DNA of 63,759 bases, filler included, from Octopus bimaculoides (GCF_001194135.2; 7 parts of 7 records of this genome joined end to end with filler, not necessarily neighbours in it); one strand, 5' to 3'; shown: positions 27,102 through 39,239, counted from the first letter of the whole stretch. Notes: generated from the letters alone by a model not told the origin. Translations and numbers: made by a program.

Positions 27102-28149
27102 TGTAGCTATATATATATATATATGATATTTACCATGTGAAGTACAATGAAGAAAATATGAGATAGGACATTAAATGATGATGATGATATGGTATATAAT
27201 TTTTTGTGCAGGGGTTGCTTGAGAAATGTAATTTATTTTAAGGGTTACACAAGGGTAAAAAGGCTGAGAAACACTGGTATAGATGGATGAAATGCCACTA
27301 AGCATTTTGTGAAGAATGCTAACAATTCTGTCAGCTCACTGCCTTATGATAATATTAACAATAACAATGATAATAATAAAGGTTGTCCCTGTAGTCATCG
27401 GAGCATTGGGTTCAGTACCGCCCAACCTGAAGACACATCTGGAAACTTTAGAAATACCCTACAATCTAGGTGTATTGCAGAAATTGGTATTACTTGGAAC
27501 TGCATGCATATTGTGTAAAGTACTGCCTGTTTGAGGTCCTTGTTGTGACTTGACAGACAGTACAAACCCCCCGGTAGACACAATATCTTCAATCAACATC
27601 ACATTATTGGATACTGTGTGATGTCTTAAAAAATAATAATAATAATGATGGTTTCAAATTTTGGCAGAAGGCCAGTAATTTTGGGGGAGGGCTGCTGCCT
27701 TCGTTAATGATGATAATATTAATTAGTAGTAGTGGTGGTGGTGGTGGTGGTGGTAGTGGCAGTAGGTGTGATGTTGACTGTTGGACTGTCAGAATATAAT
27801 TAACAGAAAATAACTGAGTGGAAGAAGGAGATTCTTTTCTTTATGTTTGTAACAGAACAAAGTCATAGCAGTTTGTAGAGGTGGGCATAAGTGGATTAAA
27901 TTGATTTCTTTATATACTTGATACATGTTTTATTGATTCTAGAAGGAGGGAAAGCAACTAGTGAAATCTGAAATCAAAATATAAGATGTCAATGAAACTG
28001 CCTGGGATTTTACAAAAAGAAGGGAGAAATTAAATGTTTGGAGATGAATCTAAAATCTGGTGAGTTGAGTATAAGATATGGCTTTGTCAGTGAAAGCCTT
28101 GTACTTGTGATACTATAAAGTTGCAGGTCACACACACACATGCATGCAT

Positions 28150-28222
<73 letters not shown>

Positions 28223-28225
28223 TAA

Positions 28226-28620
28226 GGGTATGGCTGTGTGGTAAGAAGTGTGCTTTCCAACCTCATAGTTTTGGGTTCAGTTCCACTGCGTGGCACCTTG
28301 TGCAGGTTTCCTCTACTATAGCCTTAAGTTGACTAAAGCCTTGTGAGTCAATTTGGTAGATAGAAACTGAAAGAAGCCCACCATACATATATATAACAAG
28401 CTTCTTTCAGTTTCCATTTACCAAATTCACTCACAAGGCTTTAGTCAACCTGAGGCTATAGTAGAAGACAGTTGCCCAAGGTGTGTATGCCTGTGTTTGT
28501 CCCCCACTACTATTTGACATCTAATATTGGCATGTTTATGCCCTTGTAACTTGGCAGTTTAGAAAAAAGAGATGGAGAGAAGAAATACCAAGCTTAAAAT
28601 AAAAAAAACTATACTTGGTT
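28226..28620 (+). mobile_element. Family A SINE with an internal inverted duplication
   Basis: SINE head and body up to 28378, an inverted copy at 28400-28484, then the SINE 3' half resumes. Confidence 0.75.
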
Positions 28621-29418
28621 AGCCAAGGAAACACACAGTTTTAAACGTGGCGGGAGTTGTCCCCCTTACATGTACTGTTACAGCCAGATCCTCAAAAACT
28701 TCAGAGCAATGTCGTAAAAGTGATATTGCAAATATAAACATTTAAATAAACATTACTGAGTCTAATCCATTCAATTCTTGCCATCTGTCACTCGCAATAT
28801 TTTGTTTCAAGCATAAATCCTCATCAAAGTCAACAAACTTGTATTGTATCATGTTAAATAGTTTTAACTACACACCGTAAAGTAGTCTAGCCTGTTACTA
28901 AAGACTGCAAGATGCAAAGCGACAGAAATGTCAACAGAATCTCGTGTTTTGTAAGTTATTTTCTCTTGATTTATACTTTTATTCTGTCTTATTTTATTTA
29001 GATCTTCAAACATTTCTAAAATGGTTATCTCTTTCTCTCTTTTTTCTTTGTTTTTAATTTCAGTTGATTTATTTGAAAATAGTTTAATTGCCAAACTTCA
29101 GCACTCACCTGTCGTCGCAGCAACACAATTATTTATTACACACAAATACATGGACACACACACACACATATATACACATGCACTGCGGTCTCTCCTCCCC
29201 CCTTATATGTATAAAGTGTGAACAGGAGAGATTGCATTGAGTAAACACGCTCTATTGCATAATTCTACAATTCTTTCGTGTCCACTTTAAGGAATACGAT
29301 TGCGGCGCTTAGTTGCCGATACCCGTGGACGAGCTTCATAAAGCGCGCTCGAAGCTTCATACACAAATTGAATTGATATATATATGAGTAGTCTAAGAAG
29401 TGGATTCAGAAAATTGTG

Positions 29419-29819
29419 GGTAAATTTTCAGATTAACACCCGCACAATTTTCACTAGGGTGTTAGGGTTCGTACTACTAAAGCAGCACGGTCCCGAACGC
29501 GCAGTCGCGCGTCCGCACTAGCTAGTCGTGAGTGGTCGATCCTAACACTAACCTTAACCCTAACCCTAACCCTAAACATGTATTCATTTACACACGCGGG
29601 TTAGGGTTAGGGATAGGGTCAGGGCTAGGATCGACCACTCACGACTAGCTAGCCCGGACGCGCGACTGCGCGTACGGGACCGTGCTGCTTTAGTAGTACC
29701 GTTAGGGTCAGGGTTTAGGGTTAGTGTTAGAGTTAGGGTTAGTGTTACGGTTAGGGTTTAGGGTTAAGGTTAGGGTTTAGGGTTAGGTAATCGTGCGGGT
29801 ATTAATCTGAAAATTTACC
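29419..29819. mobile_element. MITE with GGTAA termini and TTAGGG-like internal repeats, hosting a nested palindromic MITE (29470-29700)
   Basis: 31-bp outer TIR GGTAAATTTTCAGATTAAYACCCGCAC with a degenerate 8-bp TSD AAATTGTG/GAATCGTG. Inner arms of about 74 bp (GTACTACTAAAGCAGCACGG...GATCCTA) plus inverted (CCCTAA)n/(TTAGGG)n, flanked by GTTAGGGT(T/C). Confidence 0.8.
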
Positions 29820-30419
29820 GAATCGTGTAGCCATCACAGAAAGGACCTCTTAGGGGCTCTGCTATCAGTCCACGAAGAAGTGTAATGTACAGTGAGTGTA
29901 AGCATGATGTTCTGGTGATCTGATGAGCTAACTTTCTTTATTTGCATTAATTTGTGAATATACACAATTGGATTGTATAATGTTGAGCATATATATTAAT
30001 GCAAACATGTATGCAGGATTTCTTCCATACTGAAATTAATACTACATGAAAAAGATTGCGAAACTACTGTAACTGTATGACTTCTTGACTTTATAGTTCT
30101 TACACACACACAGAGTATATTAATTCTGTATTAGATCGTCAACTCATTCATTTGAAAATGTATTTTCGTTAAACAATTTTAGTTGCCGCTTACTGATATC
30201 GAAGGCCACGAGAGAGAGAGCATGAAATTATTAAGGAACGATACAAACTAAGGGCGACTGTGATAATATCATTATTGCGGTTGAATTCATTAAATATATT
30301 AATTACATCGCTAATTAACGTGAACAATGCGAGGTTAGTTATAAGCCACGTTACTCCAATGTTTGTCAAACGGAACTCTAAATAATAAATGTGCACGATA
30401 CCACGATGGTAGTATTTTA

Positions 30420-30564
30420 CGATTCCCGCCCGTCTTCTGTGTAAATAGTTAAAATTTAGATACAGTTCATTTTGTTGTTAAATTATGATTTTCTTTGTTG
30501 CATTCAACATTTTTGGTCTCAAAAACTTTCACCTTTTTTCATCTGGAAAACATCTTCTGGTAAG
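30420..30564 (+). promoter_or_regulatory. Candidate non-coding first exon/promoter of the RPC9 gene
   Basis: CpG-containing start (GATTCCCGCCCGTC) and tandem donors CTG|GTAAGG and AAG|GTAAAT. Matching strong acceptor TTTTATCTTATTTTGCAG ends at 31658, 86 nt before the ATG. The start coordinate is approximate. Confidence 0.5.
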
Positions 30565-31744
30565 GTAAATTCTTTGATTTCCACGTGAGCCTGGAAACGA
30601 GGTAACACCTTTAATTTTGTGTGGTTATAGTTAAATAAAACCTCTGTATGTATACGTGTGGTGTATTGAACAAACCCCACCTAGGACAAAAACCCTAGGA
30701 AAAAAAAAAAAAAAACTAGAAAAAAAACGTCTGAGGACGAAACCCCACTGGACAAAAAATTTAAATATCAAGCTATTTTAAAATCAATTTTCATTCTTAT
30801 TATTTGTAGTTTATGAACATTTCGCAGAGATGTAAAATATTACTTTTATTATTATAATAACCCTAATCACAAAAATTAGCAAAATAAAAAGAATATCATA
30901 CTGTATCTTTGAAAAATTAAAACAAACACTATATTGAAAACCTTATTAAGTGTTGAGGTTCATTTAAAGTTCATTTTACTTCAAGTGTGTGTATTTCATT
31001 AATGTTTATGTATGTGTTCCACTCAGCCCAGAATCCTCAAATAGAGAATCCCTGGAATGTTTTTAAGATTTTCACTATACATAATTGTGTGGTAAGAACT
31101 TTGCTTCCCAAATACATGAATCTGGGTTCAGTTCCCCATAACTTAGCAGTTCAGTAAAAGATATCTATAGAATAAGTACCAGGCTTTACAAGTAAAATAA
31201 TAAGTACTGAGGCTGATAAATTTGACTAAAATTCTTCAAGGTGGTGCCCCAGCATGGCCACAGTCCAATGACTGAAACAAGTAAAAGATAAAAAAAAGAT
31301 ACCTCTAATTGAAATATATCTTGGAGAATGCAAATCAGTTTGCTTTGTTCTATTTTGATAAAATTATTATTCTGTCTAAATAATATTTCAGTTTAAAAAC
31401 TGATGTTTATTATTTTTTCATTAAGTTTTTCTGTTCTTTGGATTAAAGAGGTTTACACACCTGATGGTTAAAGTGTACATATCCTCTCATAGCCATAAAC
31501 AAATTAAGATGTTGGACAACTGACCAAATGGTAGTAATACCAGCCAAACCATCACAATCATCGTATTGTACTCTTCAACTCAATGGCTGCTCTTATTTTT
31601 AGCTTTTTAATGACTTATAGGAAATTTTTTTTAATGTAATTTTTATCTTATTTTGCAGATTCTCCTCCTGTTTGTTTTAATTACCTGGGGATATGTTATC
31701 AATGCTGGACTTTATTTAACAAACGTTAACGAGATGAATTAATT

Positions 31745-32356
31745 ATGGAACTTCTGAATGAAAGCTCAGCACTGCTCAGTAACTATGAAGTCTACACTTT
31801 ATTACTGGACATCCAAGCTGGCCGAAATGGTCAGAGCAAACCCACCAAGAACCAGACCAATTTAGCTACAGTAACATATGAAACTGTTAAATATTTAGAA
31901 AGTACCAGCTGTAAGCATTTGAATGCACCGGCTGTGAAAGAATTTATTCGGCATTTGGCACCGTTCCATTTGACAAAGGCCGAGAAACTGCAGCTGCTGA
32001 ATCAGCGTCCCACGATGGCTGTTGAGATCCAGTTGTTGATTGAGGAAAGTGAAGAACGGTTAACCGAAACACAGGTGTATCAGCTTCTTGATGTGGTGTC
32101 CAAATATCTTCCTGATGGTTCATTAGATCTGTCTGAGGAGAGTGATGACAAAATTGTATACGGAGATGAAGGAGGAGAAGAAGAGGATGATCAGCAGCAG
32201 GAGAAGGATGAAGAGTTAGAAGAGAGAAGTGTTAAGATAGAACAAGATGAGAACGATGTGTCTGTGGAGGGAGAAGAGGAGGTTGAAGAAGTCGAAGAGG
32301 AAGGTGGGTCCCTCGTTATGGACGTAACATCACCTTTAAATGAGGATTCTTCTTAG
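31745..32356 (+). CDS. CRCP: DNA-directed RNA polymerase III subunit RPC9 (CGRP receptor component protein), 203 aa, single-exon CDS
   Basis: SALLSNYEV, NLATVTYETVKYL, LTKAEKLQLLNQRP, AVEIQLLIEESEERLTE match the remembered human CRCP/RPC9 sequence closely. AATAAA near 32413. Confidence 0.95.
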   Translation: MELLNESSALLSNYEVYTLLLDIQAGRNGQSKPTKNQTNLATVTYETVKYLESTSCKHLNAPAVKEFIRHLAPFHLTKAEKLQLLNQRPTMAVEIQLLIEESEERLTETQVYQLLDVVSKYLPDGSLDLSEESDDKIVYGDEGGEEEDDQQQEKDEELEERSVKIEQDENDVSVEGEEEVEEVEEEGGSLVMDVTSPLNEDSS

Positions 32357-32472
32357 CAGAAGTTAAAAACCACTTTCCTGATGTCTTCAACCACTCTAAT
32401 GTATCAATGTAAAATAAATATTTTTGGATTATTTTATGTCTTTCTTCTTTGTTTTTATATATTTCATGGAAA

Positions 32473-32862
32473 GGTGGAGGCGCAATGACCCAGTGGTTAG
32501 GGCAGCGGACTCGCGGTCATAGGATCGCGGTTTCGATTCCCAGACCAGGCATTGTGAGTGTTTATTGAGTGAAAACACCTAAAAGCTCCACGAGGCTCCG
32601 GCAGGGGGTGGTGGCGAACCCTGCTGTACTCTTCCACCACAACTTTCTCTCACTCTTACTTCCTGTTTCTGTTGTGCCTGTAATTCAAAGGGTCAGCCTT
32701 GTCACACTGTGTCACGCTGAATATCCCCGAGAACTCCGTTAAGGGTACACGTGTCTGTGGAGTGCTCAGCCACTTGCACGTTAATTTCACGAGCAGGCTG
32801 TTCTGTTGATCGGATCAACTGGAACCCTCGACGTTGTAAGCGACGGAGTGCCAACACACACA
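32473..32862 (+). mobile_element. Young full-length tRNA-Arg-derived SINE (related partial copies at 3300-3600, 17650-17790, 50070-50300)
   Basis: tRNA-like head with a TCG anticodon-like loop and GTTTCGATTCCC B-box. Perfect 12-bp TSD ATTTCATGGAAA (32461-72 and 32863-74). Confidence 0.85.
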
Positions 32863-33645
32863 ATTTCATGGAAATATGCAAACATCCATTGTAGTATTGA
32901 AAAACAAAAAAAAAAAAATTCACTGAAAATTGAGTGTCATTTCAAATGTATTTCATTGAAAGATGAAGTAGAATGTGTGTGAGTGTATAACAACAGTGTG
33001 TATGAGAAATTAATTTTTATTGGTTTGGCCTAGGATGAGAGTGGTGGTTCTGTGGTGTTGATGCTCCAGCAAGGTTAATGTTTCTCTTGAATTGATGGAA
33101 AGAAAACTCGAGACATAGGGTGTTCCAGAAGGATGACATTGTGTAGAAGAAGGACTTGGTATAGTGAGTGAGGAGTGTTAAGAGTCGGGGTGGTACAAGT
33201 GGCCATTGTAGTAATGGTAAAACCAGTTGAGAGTGAAAACACAGCAGGAGTGTACAGCAAAGGCTGGAGTGTTAGTGAACGATTTCATGACAACCATATG
33301 GATGGGTCTGGCGGGTTACAGCAACACAGTCCTAGATGCAGGAGCAGTGCTCCATTGTGGTTCTCACCTGAGCTTTGCAGTGGGTTAACATTTGTCAGGC
33401 GCTGAAATATATTCTGGCTTTGATGAGTAAGACCAATCTTTACTCTGTTGAGGCTGTGTTTTCACCAGAAGAGATCCTTCTCTGAATGGTGAGACACAGT
33501 CTTTGGACAACTTGATATTTATAGCAAAGTGGGTAAGCCATAAGACTATCAACTGTAATTTGTAACAATATTTGTCCATAACTAAAATTACATTCAAATG
33601 GTCTGAAATGAAACTAGTAACCTATTAGCATTGAAATTACTCTCT

Positions 33646-34005
33646 TACTCTTTTACTTGTTTCAGTCATTTTGACTGTGGCCATGCTGGAGCACCGCCTT
33701 TAGTCGAGCAAATCAACCCCAGGACTTATTCTTTGTAAGCCTAGTACTTATTCTATCGGACTCTTTTGCCGAACCGCTAAGTTACGGGGACGTAAACACA
33801 CCAGCATCGGTTGTCAAGTGATGTTGGGGGACATACACATACATATATATACACACATATACGACGGGCTTCTTTCAGTTTCCGTCTAACAAATCCACTC
33901 ACAAGGCTTTGGTCGGCCCGAGGCTATAGTAGACACTTGCCCAAGATGCCACGCAGTGGGACTGAACCCGGAACCATATGGTTGGTAAGCAAGCTACTTA
34001 CCACA
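33646..34005 (-). mobile_element. Family A SINE
   Basis: Reverse-complement match to 3602-4003. Confidence 0.85.
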
Positions 34006-34930
34006 TAATAAACATATTAAATGAAAAAAAAAGGTAAAGCTACCTTCTCGAATCATGCTGACTCATCAGTTTCATGATGTAAATATTCCCAACCTGGATG
34101 GGATGCCAGTCCATCAGAGGATTACTCGTTTTTTGCCAGCTGCGTAGACTGGAGCAACACGAAATGAAGTGTTTTGCTCAAGAACACAACATTGTCACCC
34201 GGTCCAGGAATCGATATCACAATCTTACAATCATACATTCACATTGATTTAAGTTAATCATGCTTTACCACAAAGATAACGCATGATTCATTCAAATCAA
34301 TGTGATTTCAGTAATGTAATTGCTCATCTTTCGAATGAATGACATTGTAGCATAGGTGTGAGAGGTGTGCCCAACATGTCAGTCAGTGGGATTGAACCTG
34401 AAACCATGTGGTTGAGAAGCAAATTTCTTAACCATGCAGCCATGTTTGTGCTTATGTGATTAATTTATCAATATATGAAAAAGTTAATTATTTTATGAAA
34501 TCCTTCCAAATGCTTGATTATTTTTATTAGAAATATAAGCATAAGAATGTTAAGTGAAAAAAGAAATAAGTATGACAAAATAAAAGATAGGTGTTTAAAT
34601 AGAAATAATTTATTTCATAAAAAAGTTAATTTGTAGAAAATTTGGTATTTTTTTTTTAATAAATTGTTAAGATTGAAATCTGTAATTATTTTTATTAAAG
34701 CCAAGATTTTTTATAAGGAAGAGGAGTTGATGGTGTCAACTTCAGTGTATTAAAAGTATTATTTTCGTCTCTGATAGAAGGAAAGCACATGAAAATTGGT
34801 AGCTTGTAGCCTCAGAATGAGATTTGATGGTAAATATTGGAAGGCATTAAGTCCAACATCCTTAAGATCACAGGGTTTGTTGTAGAGGACACAAGGTCAG
34901 GGTAGTAAAAAACAGGGAAGGGAGGTTTTG

Positions 34931-35054
34931 TTATTGTTTTACTTCTAGTCGACTGATGACTGAAATTCTTCGAGATCGAGGAATATGTTTTCCTTTGAAC
35001 ATTGATGTTTTGTCTGGTAAGACTTCATGTGTGTAGTCAAAACGAGCTTTATCC
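34931..35054 (-). CDS. ALKBH7: ALKBH7 exon 4 (last)
   Basis: Acceptor TTATTTTTGACAG, phase 2. Encodes (R)DKARFDYTHEVLPDKTSMFKGKHIPRSRRISVISRLEVKQ*, with the distal His (THE) and the RISV 2OG-binding Arg motif. Confidence 0.95.
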
Positions 35055-36181
35055 CTGTCAAAAATAATAGAGAGAGAAGTGTCAAGTTTTGATAAGGGGG
35101 GGGGGGCAGAACTAAAATAACAAAATAAATTTCTTAAATGAAAATCCACAGATTAACTATATTGATTCTTTAAATGGACATAAAATAACTGACTTACAAG
35201 GGGAATCTGTGATATTATGCGTTACTATCTGACAGAATCTGATTTTGTTTGAGGAAATAATAAAATTCCTTTTTCTGTCCCTTTTGTTGTAAATGTGTGA
35301 AATATTGATCTTAATTTATGTCTGTCTCTCAAAGGATCAATATTTACAAAATATTGAATAAGAATGAATTGATCCCAGAACATAACTGGTATTATATCAT
35401 CTCTAGAGGAGAACTTGGACTGAGGGATGAAACTAAATTATTGCAAGGCTGTTACCATTTCTACCAGCTGTCTACCCTGACAGGGGCCACAATCAGTAAG
35501 GGAAGGGGGGGGGCGGTTGAGATGATTAAATCAACCCAAATATTTTATTGGTACTTATTGTATTTCCTCCAGAAAGATGAAAAGCAAAGTCAACTTTAGC
35601 AGGATTTGAACTCAGAATGTAAAGGGCCATAACTGCAAACTGAAAGACGTTTTTACCAATACTCTCAGTTTTGCCATAGATATCTTTAAAATATTCAGAC
35701 TGGATCTGTAAAGAAATAATTAGTCAACAGACAGACTATTCCAGTGTTTTGACAAAACTGAGATGTTAATGTCTAGACACCACTTTACATATTTCCAACA
35801 AGCCAAAGGGATGGGGGTAGGATCTTTTGTTTCAGTCCTCATTAACTACCATATAAGGACGACAGTGAAATAAAAACGGTAAAACTTGAATTCAATTTTT
35901 AAAATTATGGAACTCACTATTGAATTTGTCACTGTAAGCTAATGGAAACATTTGTTAATGAAACAATGCTCCCACTGCTTACAGTGTCAGGATGGATAAC
36001 AGCACAGGGAAATATGGGCTTTAGACATGGATAGAATACAACATTGAAGTGATGTAGACTGTTGACATTTTGGCTGTACTATTGACCTTTGACCTTCAGT
36101 GGGAAGGGCATAACTTTGAGCAAAGAATCTATGAATGAGATTAAAAGAAGATATTTTAGAGTGATATGACAAAATACAAAC

Positions 36182-36306
36182 CTTAATATATAGAGAGATC
36201 TTGGTAAAAGAAGAATATCACCAGATTTGCTTTTATCTTTCTCACAAACCAGTCTCATTACACTTTCAGAGAGGAGACTGAGACCAGCTATTGCTCGGCC
36301 ACAAAA
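36182..36306 (-). CDS. ALKBH7: ALKBH7 exon 3
   Basis: Acceptor TTTTTATTTTCAG, donor GTTTGT. Encodes [41 protein letters not shown](R); 125 nt, phases 0 and 2 consistent with its neighbours. Confidence 0.95.
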
Positions 36307-36430
36307 CTGAAAATAAAAACAAATATATTTTATTAATATTTAGCAGAAGCAACAGAGTGACTCAAATGCCGAAAGTTTTATGTGTTAAATGCCAACATAT
36401 GAAACTTGCCTCTTGAGTTACTATGTTGCT

Positions 36431-36773
36431 TCCGGGTTCAGTCCCACTGCGTGGCACCTTGGGCAAGTGTCTTCCACTATAGCCTCGGGCCGACCAAAGC
36501 TTTGTAAGTGGATTTGGTAGACGGAAACTGAAAGAAGCCCGTCGTATATATGTATATATAAATATATGTATGTGTGTCTGTGTTTGTTCCCCCACCATCG
36601 CTTGACAACCGATGCTGGTGTGTTTACGTCCCCGTAACTTAGCGGTTCAGCAAAAGGAGACACCGATAGAATAAGTACTAGGCTTACAAAGAATAAGTCC
36701 TGGGGTCGATTTGCTCGACTAAAGGCAGTGCTCCAGCATGGCCACAGTCAAATGACTGAAACAAGTAAAAGAG
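36431..36773 (+). mobile_element. Family A SINE in ALKBH7 intron 2
   Basis: Match to the 3602-4003 element, 5' end slightly truncated. Confidence 0.85.
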
Positions 36774-37134
36774 TATATACTTTGGTGATTTGCTGGAGAA
36801 GACTTGTCATACCAAGTGAAATTGTAGATGTGACCAGTGCTGGTGAAAAGCACCCACTACACTCTCAGGGTGGTTGGTATTAGGAAGGGCATTTAGCCAT
36901 AGAAATCATGCCAAATCAGACTGGAACCTGGTGCAGCTCTCTGGCTTACCAGTTCCAGTCAAACTGTCTAACCCATGCCAGCATGGAAAGCAAACTCTAA
37001 ATGATGATGCTCATATCTTGAGTTCCATTTTTCCTGTTTGCATCACCATACCTATACACACACAGATGTGTGTGAATTCCATTATAATGAATTTATTCCA
37101 ATCCCTGACCAGAAACTGATTGAAACAAGGTTCA

Positions 37135-37349
37135 CCCTTTAGCATTCAGATTACTCTCTCAAATGTAATGCTTATTTATTCATATTGTTTTGAATTAAAC
37201 ATGCATTATCTTATCGTTTTGAGATTTCAGTGATGTGATTATTTTAGAATGACATTGTAGGGTAGATGTGAGAGACGAGGTTTGGCCATTTTTACCATAA
37301 AACAGATAGAATATTTGGGCCAGAAATGACCAGTTTAATTGCTAAAGGG
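37135..37349. mobile_element. piggyBac-like MITE (related decayed copy at about 48620-48840)
   Basis: CCCTTTAGCA...TGCTAAAGGG termini flanked by TTCA / TTAA. Confidence 0.65.
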
Positions 37350-37533
37350 TTAAATGAGCTTTGAGAAAAATAATTACAATGAATATTTTGGTATGATGGT
37401 AAAAAAAGTGAATACCGGAATTAGACAACTCACAAACTATCTATAGTAAGATTTGAAACTGAAATACCCATATTCGATTTTAACATCACTGTCACAGTTC
37501 ACCTTGGTTAACATTACATCAATTTGTACTTAC

Positions 37534-37707
37534 TCTAACAGAATCCACATGGGCCTTAATGTAACCATCTTTGTTAATGTCCAGGACATGTACAAAGGGC
37601 AGTGGAACTTCTGAAGGTTGAAAGGCCACACTCTTTACTCTGTCAAGTATTTTTGTGTTGGAGTCATTCCATTGTTTCCTTTCAGTTTCTCGGTAACCAT
37701 GAATAGC
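37534..37707 (-). CDS. ALKBH7: ALKBH7 exon 2
   Basis: Acceptor TTTGGTTTTTAG, donor GTAAGT. 58 codons AIHGYRETERKQW...VHVLDINKDGYIKAHVDSVR containing the HxD iron-binding motif. Confidence 0.96.
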
Positions 37708-37779
37708 CTAAAAACCAAATGAAAACATCTATTTTTGAGAATATATAATTATTATGCACATTAATAATTTGTACAGTAA

Positions 37780-38345
37780 TGACTGCGCTGATATGGGCAT
37801 GTGATGTGCAGGGACAAGGACAGCTATGTAAAGAAGTGCCGATCTCTAACTGTGGAGGGAACCTGTGGTAGCAGTAAACCCAGGAAGTCATGGGATGAAG
37901 TGGTGAGCATGATCTTCGAACTTTGAGCCTCACAGAGGAAATGACTAGTGACTGAGACCTTTGGCAATATGCTGTGCTTGAAAAGATACATCAAGTCAAG
38001 TGAAATCGTAGTCATGGCTGATGTTGGTGTCACATAATTAGCATGTAAAGAACACCATTTGCGCATTGGGCCTCACAGAGGCAACGTGGTTGAGTTCCTT
38101 TCAAGTGTTGGGCCTCACAGAGGCAATAACTCAGACCTTTGGCATTATACTGTGCTTGAGAAGAAGACCCATCAAGCTGAGCAAAATCGCCACGTAAAGG
38201 CACCCATTACACACACAGAGTGGCTGGTGTTAGAAAGGGCATCCAGCCATAGAAAACCATGCCAAATCAGATTGGAGTCTGGTGCAGCCTTTCAGCTTAC
38301 CAGCCCTGGTCAAACCATCCAACCCATGCCAGCCTGGAGATAATG
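37780..38345 (+). mobile_element. RTE LINE 3' end in ALKBH7 intron 1
   Basis: Degenerate SYVKKCRSLTVEGTCGSSKPRKSWDEVV...TEEMTSD, followed by the shared RTE 3'UTR and a (GAT)n tail. Confidence 0.8.
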
Positions 38346-39239
38346 GATGTTAAATGATGATGATGATATATAACCTATGCCAGCATGGAAAACATGTTAA
38401 ATGATGATGATGATGATATATATGTATATATATATAGGGGCAGGTAATGTAATGGGTGTGCACAGGTAGAAGGAGTGGGGTATTAGGAGAATATGTTGTG
38501 GGAAAGGGATCCATTGGATATATAGTGTGTAGGTAGGTAAGTACAGCAAATTAACAAGTCTTGGTCATTGTCATCTCACAACGTCTTAGGATCATTTCTC
38601 ACATGTCTTCCTGTTCTACAGGTTCCCCCCACAGTTAGAGGTCATCAGCATAGAAGAGCAACCAGTCTTAAATTCCTCTGTTATGGCCCAGAGGACTATG
38701 ATAAACAAAAGAACTGATTCTTGGTGAACTTCTACCTGCACACTAAATTCATTATTATACTCAGTGCTAAGGCAGTGAGGCTGGCAGAATCATTAGTATG
38801 CTGGATGGAATACTTAGTGGTATTTCACCCATTGCTATGTTCTGAGTTCAAATTCCACTGAAGCCATCTTTGCCTTTCATCCTTTCGGGATCAATAAATT
38901 AAGTACCAGTGAAACACAAGGGTCAATTTGATCGATTCCCCTCCTGCAAGCTGCCCTTGTGGCCTGACTTTCACCTTAGTGATAGCACCCTTGTGCATGT
39001 CACGGCTCTCACCAACCACTCATGTACCCCTAGCCTCTGCATTGACCACCAGATGAGGGATCTTATCAAAGGCTATCTCCATGTCAACAAATGCCAGGTA
39101 CAGCAATTTAGTTTTCACTAAAATACTTGTGCGCTTGCCTTACTAGGAAGACAGCAACAGTAGTGCTTCTCCCTGGCACAAAACCAAAGTTTACCAATGT
39201 TCTATGACATGATAACCAGTGGCATGAGGTGTTCCAGAT

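Noticed and set aside
29540-29790. Real telomere or chromosome fusion site
   Set aside because: Short, degenerate and enclosed by TIRs with target-site duplications.
29823-29900. Minus-strand GPFCDG as a CDGSH iron-sulfur motif
   Set aside because: It lacks the upstream CxC and the SH residues, and has no exon context.
32473-32545. tRNA genes (also 7283-7342 and 14150-14210)
   Set aside because: A/B boxes are present, but there is no complete acceptor stem and they run into SINE bodies with TSDs; these are SINE heads.
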